NCBI GenBank assembly: GCA_049801375.1
Contig: JBARKJ010000073.1
Coordinates: 6,597 to 70,596 of the forward strand
Origin: Nitrospirota bacterium
Lineage (GTDB): Bacteria; Nitrospirota; JACRHJ01
Reading direction: 5' to 3'
DNA: 64,000 nt
The notes under the pieces are model-generated. The model was given only the letters and a program-made list of their open reading frames with translations. It did no database searches and was not told where the DNA came from. The position numbers were made by a program, and so were the translations under genes. Below, one piece after another: positions 32,906-41,141 of the stretch. Each line of letters opens with the position of its first letter. The first letter of the stretch is position 1.

Positions 32906-33556
32906 ATGAAACTCAGGGCAATATCAGCGGTTGTGCTCTTCTCCCTCTGCTTTGCTTCTCCGGCGCTCTCGTCCGACTCAAAGGCCAAGTTGTCGTCCAA
33001 CTCCGGCTTTCTTCTAAGCGGCACTGTCTATAAACAGAGCGGTGCCGCAAGGAGCGGGATTATTACCATTCGCACGAGTTGGAATTTGCCGGGTATTCCG
33101 CCCGTTTACAGGTACGATTTTGACATCCTTCACGGAAGCACGGAAGGCAACCTGTACAGTTTCATGCTCTCGGACATCTCGGAGATAGAGTTCCTGCCGC
33201 TCGAAGGAAACAGTCAGCCGGTGAACGTGCTGCTCCGGAACGGCACGTTACAAAAGGTAACACTATCGTCGAGCGATAAATTTATTATAGGGACCATGAA
33301 CCTGAAACTCAATGAAGTTGACGTCCTTACAGACCGCTATGGAGATAACATAATCTCCGGGGGAGATGTCCAGAAGATTGTTTTTTCCGCTCCCCCGGCA
33401 GTTCAGGACGAGTCTCTGAATGACGTCGTAAGCTCACTCGGCAAGGCGCTTCAAGTTGGGGCAAGGGATGGACTGGTGGATGACGATTTTATGACCGTAC
33501 TGCAGAAAATCTACTCCAGGCTGAAGACAAAGGCCGATGAAAAGAGTGGAAAATAA
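32906..33556 (+). CDS. Secreted protein of unknown function, inserted between lolC/E and lolD.
   Basis: Signal peptide MKLRAISAVVLFSLCFASPALS. No recognisable motifs. 216 aa, similar in size to LolA-like carriers, but no alignable similarity is visible. Confidence 0.5.
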   Translation: MKLRAISAVVLFSLCFASPALSSDSKAKLSSNSGFLLSGTVYKQSGAARSGIITIRTSWNLPGIPPVYRYDFDILHGSTEGNLYSFMLSDISEIEFLPLEGNSQPVNVLLRNGTLQKVTLSSSDKFIIGTMNLKLNEVDVLTDRYGDNIISGGDVQKIVFSAPPAVQDESLNDVVSSLGKALQVGARDGLVDDDFMTVLQKIYSRLKTKADEKSGK

Positions 33557-34240
33557 TTGACCGCCCCTTTGATTATATCAGTCCGCGGCCTGTCCAAATC
33601 ATTCCGGATGGGGAATACAGAGGTCGCGGTCCTGAGAGGCATAGACCTGGATATCCCCAAAGGGGAAATGCTGTCCATCGTCGGCGCGTCGGGCGTCGGA
33701 AAGAGCACCCTGCTGCACGTTATCGGGGCGCTGGACAAGCCAACTTCCGGACAGGTCATTTACGATGGCAGGGATGTTTTCAGCATGTCCAACGGCGAAT
33801 TGGCGACGTTCAGAAATAAAAATGTCGGGTTCGTATTTCAGTTCCACCATCTCCTGCCGGAGTTTTCCGCCCTTGAAAACGTCCTTATCCCTTCCATGAT
33901 AGGCGGCATGGAGCCGAAGGAGGCTAAACAACGGGCGGAAGCGCTGCTTGAGGAAGTAGGACTTTCAGGCCGGCTTACGCACAGGCCCGGAGAGCTTTCG
34001 GGTGGGGAGCAGCAGAGGGTGGCTATTGCGCGGGCGCTGATGACCGAGCCGAAGGTGATACTCGCGGACGAGCCAACGGGCAACCTGGATACACATACGG
34101 CGCAGTCCGTCCACGAGCTTTTAAAAAAGCTCAATCACGAGAAGGGTCTTACTTCGGTAATCGTCACCCACAACGAGAAACTTGCGGAGATGGGCGACAG
34201 GACGGTCCGGATGGTGGACGGGCTTATATTTCGGCCTTAG
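33557..34240 (+). CDS. lolD: Lipoprotein-releasing system ATP-binding protein.
   Basis: Walker A GASGVGKST, LSGGEQQRVAIARAL signature, Walker B ILADEPTGNLD. TTG start. Confidence 0.9.
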   Translation: MTAPLIISVRGLSKSFRMGNTEVAVLRGIDLDIPKGEMLSIVGASGVGKSTLLHVIGALDKPTSGQVIYDGRDVFSMSNGELATFRNKNVGFVFQFHHLLPEFSALENVLIPSMIGGMEPKEAKQRAEALLEEVGLSGRLTHRPGELSGGEQQRVAIARALMTEPKVILADEPTGNLDTHTAQSVHELLKKLNHEKGLTSVIVTHNEKLAEMGDRTVRMVDGLIFRP

Positions 34241-35915
34241 GGGCCTTTGCCAATATCTCCTCAACTGTCGTCATTCCAGCATTTACCTTATCGATTGCGT
34301 CTTCAAACAACGTCTTCATCCCTTTCTCTCTCGCGGCTTTCCAGATATCTTCCTCGGCAGCCTTTTTAGCGACTAAATTCCTGATGCTTCTGTCCAAAGG
34401 CAGATATTCGAAAATCGCAATTTGGCCGTGGTAACCCGTCCCGAAGCATTTATGACAGCCCGTCCCGACAAAAGTCCTGCCAAGGCCTTGTATGCCTACC
34501 GCCGCATCGCTTTTTTCCGGTTCTTCTTTCTTGCAATAAGGGCAAATGCGGCGAACTAACCTCTGGGCGAGTACGCCGGTCAGCGAAGAGCCGACAAGGT
34601 ATGCCGGTATTCCTATATCGATAAGCCTGGTGATGCTGGAAACCGTGTCGTTGGTGTGGAGCGTCGTCAGGACCAGATGCCCTGTAAGCGAAGACTTAAC
34701 GGCTATGTCCGCCGTCTCCATGTCGCGTATCTCGCCCACCATTATTATATCAGGGTCCTGCCGAAGCACTGAGCGGAGCACATTAGGGAACGTGAGGCCT
34801 ATGGCCTCGTTGATTCCCACTTGTGTCACGCCTGACAGGCGGTATTCCACGGGTTCCTCTATGGTTACCACGTTCTCCTTCTCCGAGCGCACCTGCTGGA
34901 GGATTGCGTAGAGCGTCGTGGTCTTGCCGCTCCCGGTGGGGCCGGTGACCAGCAGGAAGCCCTGCGGCCGCGATAGCGCATCAAGAAGAGGTTTTTTTAT
35001 CCTGGCCGGAAAGCCTATCTGGTCGAGCGAAATCAGCCCCTTGCTCTTATCCAGCAGACGTATGACTACCTTCTCGCCATAAAGCGACGGAAGGGTTGAG
35101 ATGCGGAGGTCCACTTCGCGGTCGGACAGTTTCAGCTTGCTCGTCCCGTCCTGCGGGAGGCGGCGGTTCGTTATGTCCATGTCCGCGATTATCTTTATGC
35201 GCGAGATGACGTAGTCCTTGATCCGGCGTGGAATGGTCAGCGCCTCGCGGAGGTCCCCATCCACCCGGTAGCGCACGGCGACGCTCTCCTCTCGCGGCTC
35301 AATATGGATATCCGAAGCGCGCATTTTCACAGCCTCAACTATTATCATCGTCACAAGTTGTATTATCGGCGGGGTTTCACTTAGCTTATAGAGCGACTGG
35401 ATGTTCACGACCTTATCGTCGGAGCGGTCGCGCAGAAATTCGGCATCCTCGTAAGATTTTATCGAGTTCATCAGGTGAAATACCTTTTCCTTCACCTGAT
35501 AATGTTTGTCAATGCTGTCGAGGACGCTTTTTTCGGTCGCGACGGCGGGACGGACTTCGCACCCGGTCTTAAACTTTATCTCCTCGATCGTCTGATAATC
35601 CAACGGGTCCACCATTGCAAGCGTCAGCTTCCGCGCTTCTAAACGCACCGGGAAAATTTTTTTCCTCTCGGCGTCCTCCTGAGATATCAGGTTCAGCGCT
35701 TCGTGGTCAACTTCCACGGACTGCAAATCTATTGAAGGAATCTTGAGCTGAAGGGCGAGTGCATTGATGAGGCTCTTTTCGCTTACAAAGCCGAAATCGG
35801 CCAGGACCCTCCCGATTTTCGCCTTCCCGGTCTTCTGGAATAAAAGAGCCTTTTGCAGGTTTTCCGGGGAGAGCGAACTTTCCTCGACCAGCAATTCACC
35901 AAGGCGTTTTCGCAT
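34224..35915 (-). CDS. Solitary MshE/GspE/PilB-type secretion ATPase with a c-di-GMP-binding MshEN-like N-terminal domain.
   Basis: N-terminal tandem 24-residue motifs, RLGELLVEESSLSPENLQKALLFQ and KIGRVLADFGFVSEKSLINALALQ, separated by a 5-aa spacer, matching the MshEN consensus. Walker A GPTGSGKTT. C-terminal tetracysteine CPYC...CHKC. No pilin or T2SS partner genes nearby. Confidence 0.75.
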   Translation of the reverse strand: MRKRLGELLVEESSLSPENLQKALLFQKTGKAKIGRVLADFGFVSEKSLINALALQLKIPSIDLQSVEVDHEALNLISQEDAERKKIFPVRLEARKLTLAMVDPLDYQTIEEIKFKTGCEVRPAVATEKSVLDSIDKHYQVKEKVFHLMNSIKSYEDAEFLRDRSDDKVVNIQSLYKLSETPPIIQLVTMIIVEAVKMRASDIHIEPREESVAVRYRVDGDLREALTIPRRIKDYVISRIKIIADMDITNRRLPQDGTSKLKLSDREVDLRISTLPSLYGEKVVIRLLDKSKGLISLDQIGFPARIKKPLLDALSRPQGFLLVTGPTGSGKTTTLYAILQQVRSEKENVVTIEEPVEYRLSGVTQVGINEAIGLTFPNVLRSVLRQDPDIIMVGEIRDMETADIAVKSSLTGHLVLTTLHTNDTVSSITRLIDIGIPAYLVGSSLTGVLAQRLVRRICPYCKKEEPEKSDAAVGIQGLGRTFVGTGCHKCFGTGYHGQIAIFEYLPLDRSIRNLVAKKAAEEDIWKAAREKGMKTLFEDAIDKVNAGMTTVEEILAKAPKAEI

Positions 35916-35937
35916 AAAGACCTCATGTTATATGAAA

Positions 35938-35996
35938 GGGAGGACACGAGGGTCCTCCCCTACAATAATTGTAGGGGCCGATCTTCGTATCGGCCC
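35938..35996. repeat. Three consecutive GC-rich hairpins between cbiO and the MshE-like gene. The third is followed by a T-run on the plus strand.
   Basis: Stems gggaggac/gtcctccc (35938..35959), cctacaa/ttgtagg (35959..35975) and gggccgat/atcggccc (35975..35996), followed by tgacTTTATTTTT. Confidence 0.5.
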
Positions 35997-36050
35997 TGAC
36001 TTTATTTTTCCCGAATTTCTCTGGTATATACGTGGACTACTCAGGAAGGA

Positions 36051-36890
36051 CTAATTTTCTCGCTTGCAAATCTTCGCTATTCTCTCTGCCGCGTCCGCGA
36101 TATCGGAGGGCATTCCAACATCGAGCCCTTTCTCCTGAAGCTCTTTAAAAAGCTCTACCAGGATAGGAAAATCTAGTCTGGCATGTTTGTAATAGTCCGT
36201 GCGGGCGAAAAGGTCCGCGGGCGTGTCTCGGACCATTATCCTGCCCCCCTCCCCCAGCACATATACTGAGTCCGCCATCTGGCTGACGATATTGATGTCG
36301 TGAGTCGACATAATGAGAGCCATGCCCCATTTCTTATTCAGCCTGTTAAGGAGCGCGGCCAGCTCTTTACGCGACATCGGGTCGAGCCCCTCGAAAGGCT
36401 CATCGAGCACAAGCAGTTCAGGCTTCAGTACCAAGGCTCCTGCAAGTGCGACTTTTCTTTTCTCGCCGCCGCTCAAGTAATGACAGACCTTATTGCGGAT
36501 ATGACTTATTCCAAGTTCGCTTAACGCCTCTTCCACGAGGTGCTCTATCCCATGCTGGGGATACCCGTAATTCCTGGGAGCGAACGAAACGTCGTCTTCA
36601 ACCGTGGGCGCGATAATCTGGTCGTCCACGTTCTGGAGCACCACGCCTATCTTCTCTCTTATTTTATCATAATTCCTGGAAGGGTCATGTCCAAAGACCT
36701 TGACCGCTCCCTCATTCGGGATCAGAAGTCCCAGGATATGGTATAAAAGCGTGGTCTTGCCGCTCCCGTTAGGGCCTATTATAACAACCCTCTCCCCTTT
36801 CCGGACGACGAAATCAAGCCCGCAGAGATAGACCTCGGTAGAATCGGGATAGATGTGCTTTATACAGCTTATGCGGACAATTTCTTCCAA
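36051..36890 (-). CDS. cbiO: ECF transporter ATPase (CbiO/EcfA-like).
   Basis: Walker A GPNGSGKTT, LSGGEKRKVALAGAL, Walker B LVLDEP. Confidence 0.85.
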   Translation of the reverse strand: MEEIVRISCIKHIYPDSTEVYLCGLDFVVRKGERVVIIGPNGSGKTTLLYHILGLLIPNEGAVKVFGHDPSRNYDKIREKIGVVLQNVDDQIIAPTVEDDVSFAPRNYGYPQHGIEHLVEEALSELGISHIRNKVCHYLSGGEKRKVALAGALVLKPELLVLDEPFEGLDPMSRKELAALLNRLNKKWGMALIMSTHDINIVSQMADSVYVLGEGGRIMVRDTPADLFARTDYYKHARLDFPILVELFKELQEKGLDVGMPSDIADAAERIAKICKREN

Positions 36891-37675
36891 TACCTGAAGG
36901 CCTCCATAACAATCAAAGAAGCTAAGAGAATAATGAGGAAAATGGCCAGGCGTCCACTGGAAAGCGGGCCTTTCTCAAAAACCGCCACCAGCAGGAAGGC
37001 AGCGGTCACCATGAGATACGGCAAGTCATAAAGGCGCAGCCTGCCGAGCCCCCTTTCGGCGCTCAGTTTGCCGCTATAGCCCCGGATGGCCATTACGTCA
37101 TAAAGCATTTGGCTCTTCTCATAAGCCCGGATGAAGAGCATCCCGACTCCCGCAGCCATGTTCCTGGTGTTATTAACCAAACGCCTCGGTCTCAGCCCGC
37201 CTCTCAGTCTGAGGGCTATCAAGAAGTTGTTCATAAGCCCGAGCAGGATGAAAAAGGAGCGGTAGGTCATGAAAAGCCCGTCTTTTATCACCTGCGGCAT
37301 CCACCGTCCGATAAGGTTTACAACCTCCGCGTATGGAGTAGTGGAAACAAGCAATATCATCGCCGACGCCGCCGTCAGGGCCTTCATAATAATCACCGCA
37401 GGCAGCATCCAGCCTCCCGACGACTGGCTGTACGCGTAAAGTATCGTAAACGCCGCGGGGAGGAGTGATATTGCAATTATGTATCTGACGGGAAGCATCG
37501 AAAGCCTGGCAGTCAACAAAACGGTCAGGTAGAGGCATGCCAGAAGACCCAGGTCCCGCGTGATTATGACGGACGCGATTACCATCGCCGTGGCGACGGT
37601 TTTTGAAATTGGCGAAGATTTATGGATGACACTTTTACCTGAAGTGGCCCAGTAATCTATCCGCGTAATGTCCAA
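36869..37675 (-). CDS. cbiQ: ECF transporter transmembrane T component (CbiQ-like).
   Basis: 268 aa polytopic membrane protein. Overlaps cbiO by 22 nt. Confidence 0.7.
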   Translation of the reverse strand: MDITRIDYWATSGKSVIHKSSPISKTVATAMVIASVIITRDLGLLACLYLTVLLTARLSMLPVRYIIAISLLPAAFTILYAYSQSSGGWMLPAVIIMKALTAASAMILLVSTTPYAEVVNLIGRWMPQVIKDGLFMTYRSFFILLGLMNNFLIALRLRGGLRPRRLVNNTRNMAAGVGMLFIRAYEKSQMLYDVMAIRGYSGKLSAERGLGRLRLYDLPYLMVTAAFLLVAVFEKGPLSSGRLAIFLIILLASLIVMEAFRYWKKLSA

Positions 37676-37683
37676 TGGCAGTC

Positions 37684-38382
37684 CTATGAAATGATTTCAG
37701 GCTTGACTTTGCTTATGAATCTTATGGCCAGCCCGGTAATGAGGGCTTCGATAATCCAGCCGATGGGGCCGAGGCTGAGGGCGGCAATCGCAAAAAACCT
37801 GAAATTGAAACCGGTGTTGATTTTAAGAAGCTTACCCAGTTTTTCCGCCGAATGAGTCTCCAGGATGTCCCTCACCTCGCTTGCGGACGACAGGTTGAGA
37901 TTGATATTAGAAAGATAAACTATAAACAGCATGAGGCAGGTAGACAAAAAAAGCGTAATAATAGTCGCAGCTGCGGCAGAGATGCCAGGTTTTGCCATTT
38001 TCCTGAAAGCGGAAAACAATAAATAGCCCATTACGCCCTCAAACCCTATAACAATAGTATTCAGACCAACAGTGGTCACCCCGCCGTGCCCTACCAGTGA
38101 AAGTATGAAATTTACCATGAAAGCAGCTACGATAGCCAGCCAGGGACCGAGGATGATACCGGTTATGACTGAAAGGTTAACATGGTACGCTATCGAGACT
38201 ATCTCAAGGCTCATCCCGACCAGCATCATGGCGGACATCATGCCGAGTAATGGCACTTTCTTTTTTAGGTCCACCTTCCGTACCATAAAAAGCGATAGGG
38301 CAACCGCCATTGCCGCGATAATATACCCGGTCAACCAAAACCATACCGGCAGAATCCCGTCCGGAATATGCAGGTGGGACAT
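37684..38382 (-). CDS. cbiM: ECF transporter substrate-capture component (CbiM/NikM-like).
   Basis: N-terminal MSHLHIPDG, characteristic of CbiM/NikM. 232 aa, multi-TM. Confidence 0.75.
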   Translation of the reverse strand: MSHLHIPDGILPVWFWLTGYIIAAMAVALSLFMVRKVDLKKKVPLLGMMSAMMLVGMSLEIVSIAYHVNLSVITGIILGPWLAIVAAFMVNFILSLVGHGGVTTVGLNTIVIGFEGVMGYLLFSAFRKMAKPGISAAAATIITLFLSTCLMLFIVYLSNINLNLSSASEVRDILETHSAEKLGKLLKINTGFNFRFFAIAALSLGPIGWIIEALITGLAIRFISKVKPEIIS

Positions 38383-38753
38383 CAGGGCCTTCCTTTAAAG
38401 AAATGGAACTCGGCATCGAACAGTATGGATATGAACCAGCTGACAAGGCTTATGACAAGCGCTCCCCAAAAAGCCGCCCAGAACCCTTGCACGGTAAAGC
38501 CGGCCACCGCCCATGCGACAAGCTTCAGCATCAGGGCGTTTATTACAAGCGTGAATAGCCCCAGCGTCAGGATGCTCAGCGGCAGGGTTAATATTATCAG
38601 GACGGGCCTGATGAAGGCGTTTACTATCCCCAGTAGTGCCGCGGCTATCACGCCCGACCAGAAGTCCGCGATGTGGATGCCGGGAACCATATAACCGGCC
38701 GCGAAGACCGCAAGGGAATTAATAAGCCATTTTATTATTAGCTTGGGAATCAT
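38382..38753 (-). CDS. Small 4-TM membrane protein, DUF360 / phage holin-4-like family.
   Basis: 123 aa. The pattern GIVNAFIRPVLIILTLPLSILTLGLFTLVINALML matches PF04020-type proteins. Overlaps the cbiM start. Confidence 0.5.
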   Translation of the reverse strand: MIPKLIIKWLINSLAVFAAGYMVPGIHIADFWSGVIAAALLGIVNAFIRPVLIILTLPLSILTLGLFTLVINALMLKLVAWAVAGFTVQGFWAAFWGALVISLVSWFISILFDAEFHFFKGRP

Positions 38754-38775
38754 TTTGCCCTTGCATCAGGCGGAT

Positions 38776-39231
38776 TTATCTTTCCACCCTTGACATTAGA
38801 TAATAGGAAAAAACCAGGACAAGCACTATTGCGGTGCTGACACCAAGCTCCGCCATCGGATAGTAGTCCGTGTGCCTGTCCATGGACATCTGCGCCTCCA
38901 CCATTAATATACGCCTGAGGCTGGAAATAATGCCTATCGCCAGGAAGGGCTTCAGCGAGAACTCCTGTCGTTTCAGGTATCTGATAACCGTCCAGAGGAG
39001 TTCCATTACAATCAGTACGAACAGGACGTCGTTTATGACCTGGAGTATCGAGTTGACGTTTATGGAGGCGAAGTTCGTTGCCGTGAACACCAGCATGAAC
39101 ACCGCGGCGAGAAGCAGCGCCACGGCCACCAGAACGTGCACAGCATCGTCCGCGAATATCAGTGCCTTCCGTATCTTGCATATCAACTCCGGGGTCGTCC
39201 TGTGCCCGTTTTCGTGTTCCTTAACCATCAA
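38776..39231 (-). CDS. PsiE-like (phosphate-starvation-inducible) membrane protein.
   Basis: 151 aa, 4 predicted TM helices. ELLWTVIRYLKRQ resembles the PsiE family. Confidence 0.5.
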   Translation of the reverse strand: MMVKEHENGHRTTPELICKIRKALIFADDAVHVLVAVALLLAAVFMLVFTATNFASINVNSILQVINDVLFVLIVMELLWTVIRYLKRQEFSLKPFLAIGIISSLRRILMVEAQMSMDRHTDYYPMAELGVSTAIVLVLVFSYYLMSRVER

Positions 39232-39346
39232 GGCCTCCGTACGTAAATCTTATCCATTAAAATGGGAAATATAGCACGGGAAGGTATCTCTGACAATTAA
39301 AATAATACCAAAGTAACACTCTCTCCGCAAGGACCTCCCGGATTTC

Positions 39347-39375
39347 TTGACTAACGCCTCAAATTAAAATATCAT
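39347..39375 (+). promoter_or_regulatory. Predicted sigma70 promoter for queD-pmbA.
   Basis: TTGACT, a 17-nt spacer, then TATCAT. SD GAGAGGA lies 7 nt before the queD ATG. Confidence 0.45.
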
Positions 39376-39415
39376 TAAAGGGCTTACTGATTCCAAACAA
39401 TCCGAGAGGAACTCA

Positions 39416-39784
39416 ATGTACGAACTGATGATCGAGACGAAATTCGCGGCCGCCCACCAACTCCGGAACTACGGAGGCAGGTGCGAGCGGCTCCACGGCC
39501 ACAACTGGAAAGTGGTCGTGTACGTAGTCGCTGAGAATTTAAACGAAATTGGCCTGGCAATGGACTTCAAGGAGTTGAAAGACCATACCAACGAGCTGCT
39601 TTCCTCCGTCGAGCATGCCTTTTTAAACGAAGTCTTCCCGTTCACGGAGATTAACCCGTCATCCGAAAATATAGCGAAATGGATATATGACAGCTTATCC
39701 AAAAAAGTAAACACCGACAAAGTGCAGGTGTCGATGGTTACCGTCTGGGAGTCTGACACCGCCTCCGCCAACTACTATGAATAA
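39416..39784 (+). CDS. queD: 6-carboxy-5,6,7,8-tetrahydropterin synthase (QueD / PTPS family).
   Basis: 122 aa. Zn-binding CxxxHGH motif (CERLHGHNW) and catalytic region (EH...E) typical of QueD. Confidence 0.85.
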   Translation: MYELMIETKFAAAHQLRNYGGRCERLHGHNWKVVVYVVAENLNEIGLAMDFKELKDHTNELLSSVEHAFLNEVFPFTEINPSSENIAKWIYDSLSKKVNTDKVQVSMVTVWESDTASANYYE

Positions 39785-41141
39785 AATGGATATAGACGAC
39801 AAAACTATCTTAAATATTGCCGAAGAAGCCGCGAAAATCCTGCGTGAAAGAAGCGTAGACGGTTTCGATGTTTACGTGCGCTGGAGTTCTTCGATCAGCG
39901 CCGAGGCGAAGGAGCAGAAGCTGGACGCCTTCGAGCAGGCCCAGACCTGGGGCGTGGGGATAAGGGCGCTTCTCACGGGAGGCCGGCTCGGTTTCGCATT
40001 CGCCACCGGCTCGCCCGAGGCCGTACGCGAGGCGGCTTCGATGGCTGCCCAGAACGCGCGTAACTCGGAACCGGATGATTCAAATAACATACCCCAGCCA
40101 TCCCGGGATGCATTCCCCAAAATAATGGAATACGATGAAGATGTCGCCAAGGTCACCGCGGATGAGGCTATAGCCCGCGCAGTTGAGCTGGAGAAGGCGG
40201 CCCTGGATTATGACAGCAGAATCACCAAGGTGCGCAAGGCTTCATCGTCATTTACCGAAGCCCGCTGGGCCATACTCAGTTCGGAGGGCCTGAAGGCGCA
40301 GTCGCGCGGGACATGGCTTTCATGCGGGGTAATGACCGTCGCAGAAGAGGATAACGATTCCCAGATGGGATATGGGTTTGATTATTCACGGCGGCTCTCC
40401 GGAATCGATTATAAAGCGGCCGGGGCGGAGGCCGGAGAGAAGGCGGTCAGCCTTCTGAAGGCCAGGAAAGCGCCCACCGGAAATTTCCCGGTAATCCTGG
40501 AGAACGAGGTCGCGGCGGAATTCCTGGGCGTGCTTGCTTCGTCGTTTTCAGGCGAGGCGCTTGTAAAAGGCCGCTCGCTTCTGACTGACAAGACCGGACA
40601 GAAAATATTTTCGGAAATCCTGAATATCCATGACGATGCCACACTCCCAGGCGGGCTTTCTACCCGCCCGTTCGACGACGAGGGAGTCCATTCCAGAAGG
40701 ATCCCTTTAGTGCAAGGCGGCATATTCCAGGGTTTCCTGCATAACTCTTATACCGCTAAAAGGACCGGTACCGCCTCAACGGGCAACGCGGTCAGGGCGG
40801 GTTTCCGCTCGGCCCCCGGCGTCAGCCCCACAAATTTATACATCGACAAGGGCGGCATCGATAAGGAAGCTCTGATGGGGCGGGTGGACAAGGGGCTATT
40901 GGTCCGGGAAGTGCTGGGGATGCACACGGCGAATCCGATATCCGGCGATTTCTCCGTTGGCATTGCGGGGTTATGGATAGAAGGCGGAAAGATTGCCTAT
41001 CCTATCCGTGAAGGCGCCATCGCCGGTAATCTTATTTCAATATTTTCAGGCATCGATGCGGTGGGAAGCGACTTGCGGTTCGTTGGCAGGCTGGGTGCTC
41101 CATCGCTACTACTTAAACCTATCTCCGTCAGCGGAAGCTGA
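39777..41141 (+). CDS. TldD/PmbA-family metalloprotease.
   Basis: 454 aa with a conserved PmbA/TldD C-terminal region (GMHTANPISGDFSVGIAGLWIEGG). Overlaps the queD stop by 8 nt. Confidence 0.8.
   Translation: MNKMDIDDKTILNIAEEAAKILRERSVDGFDVYVRWSSSISAEAKEQKLDAFEQAQTWGVGIRALLTGGRLGFAFATGSPEAVREAASMAAQNARNSEPDDSNNIPQPSRDAFPKIMEYDEDVAKVTADEAIARAVELEKAALDYDSRITKVRKASSSFTEARWAILSSEGLKAQSRGTWLSCGVMTVAEEDNDSQMGYGFDYSRRLSGIDYKAAGAEAGEKAVSLLKARKAPTGNFPVILENEVAAEFLGVLASSFSGEALVKGRSLLTDKTGQKIFSEILNIHDDATLPGGLSTRPFDDEGVHSRRIPLVQGGIFQGFLHNSYTAKRTGTASTGNAVRAGFRSAPGVSPTNLYIDKGGIDKEALMGRVDKGLLVREVLGMHTANPISGDFSVGIAGLWIEGGKIAYPIREGAIAGNLISIFSGIDAVGSDLRFVGRLGAPSLLLKPISVSGS

Noticed and set aside
35764-36054. 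96-aa plus-strand ORF spanning the MshE-like gene start and the hairpin region.
   Set aside because: It runs through three palindromes and an intergenic region, antisense to the ATPase start. No SD or motifs.
39232-39415. preQ1 riboswitch upstream of queD, or cobalamin riboswitch upstream of the divergent psiE-cbiM operon.
   Set aside because: No preQ1-I/II consensus and no B12 box (GCCACTG or its complement) is present. The region is better explained by a TTGACT-17-TATCAT promoter.
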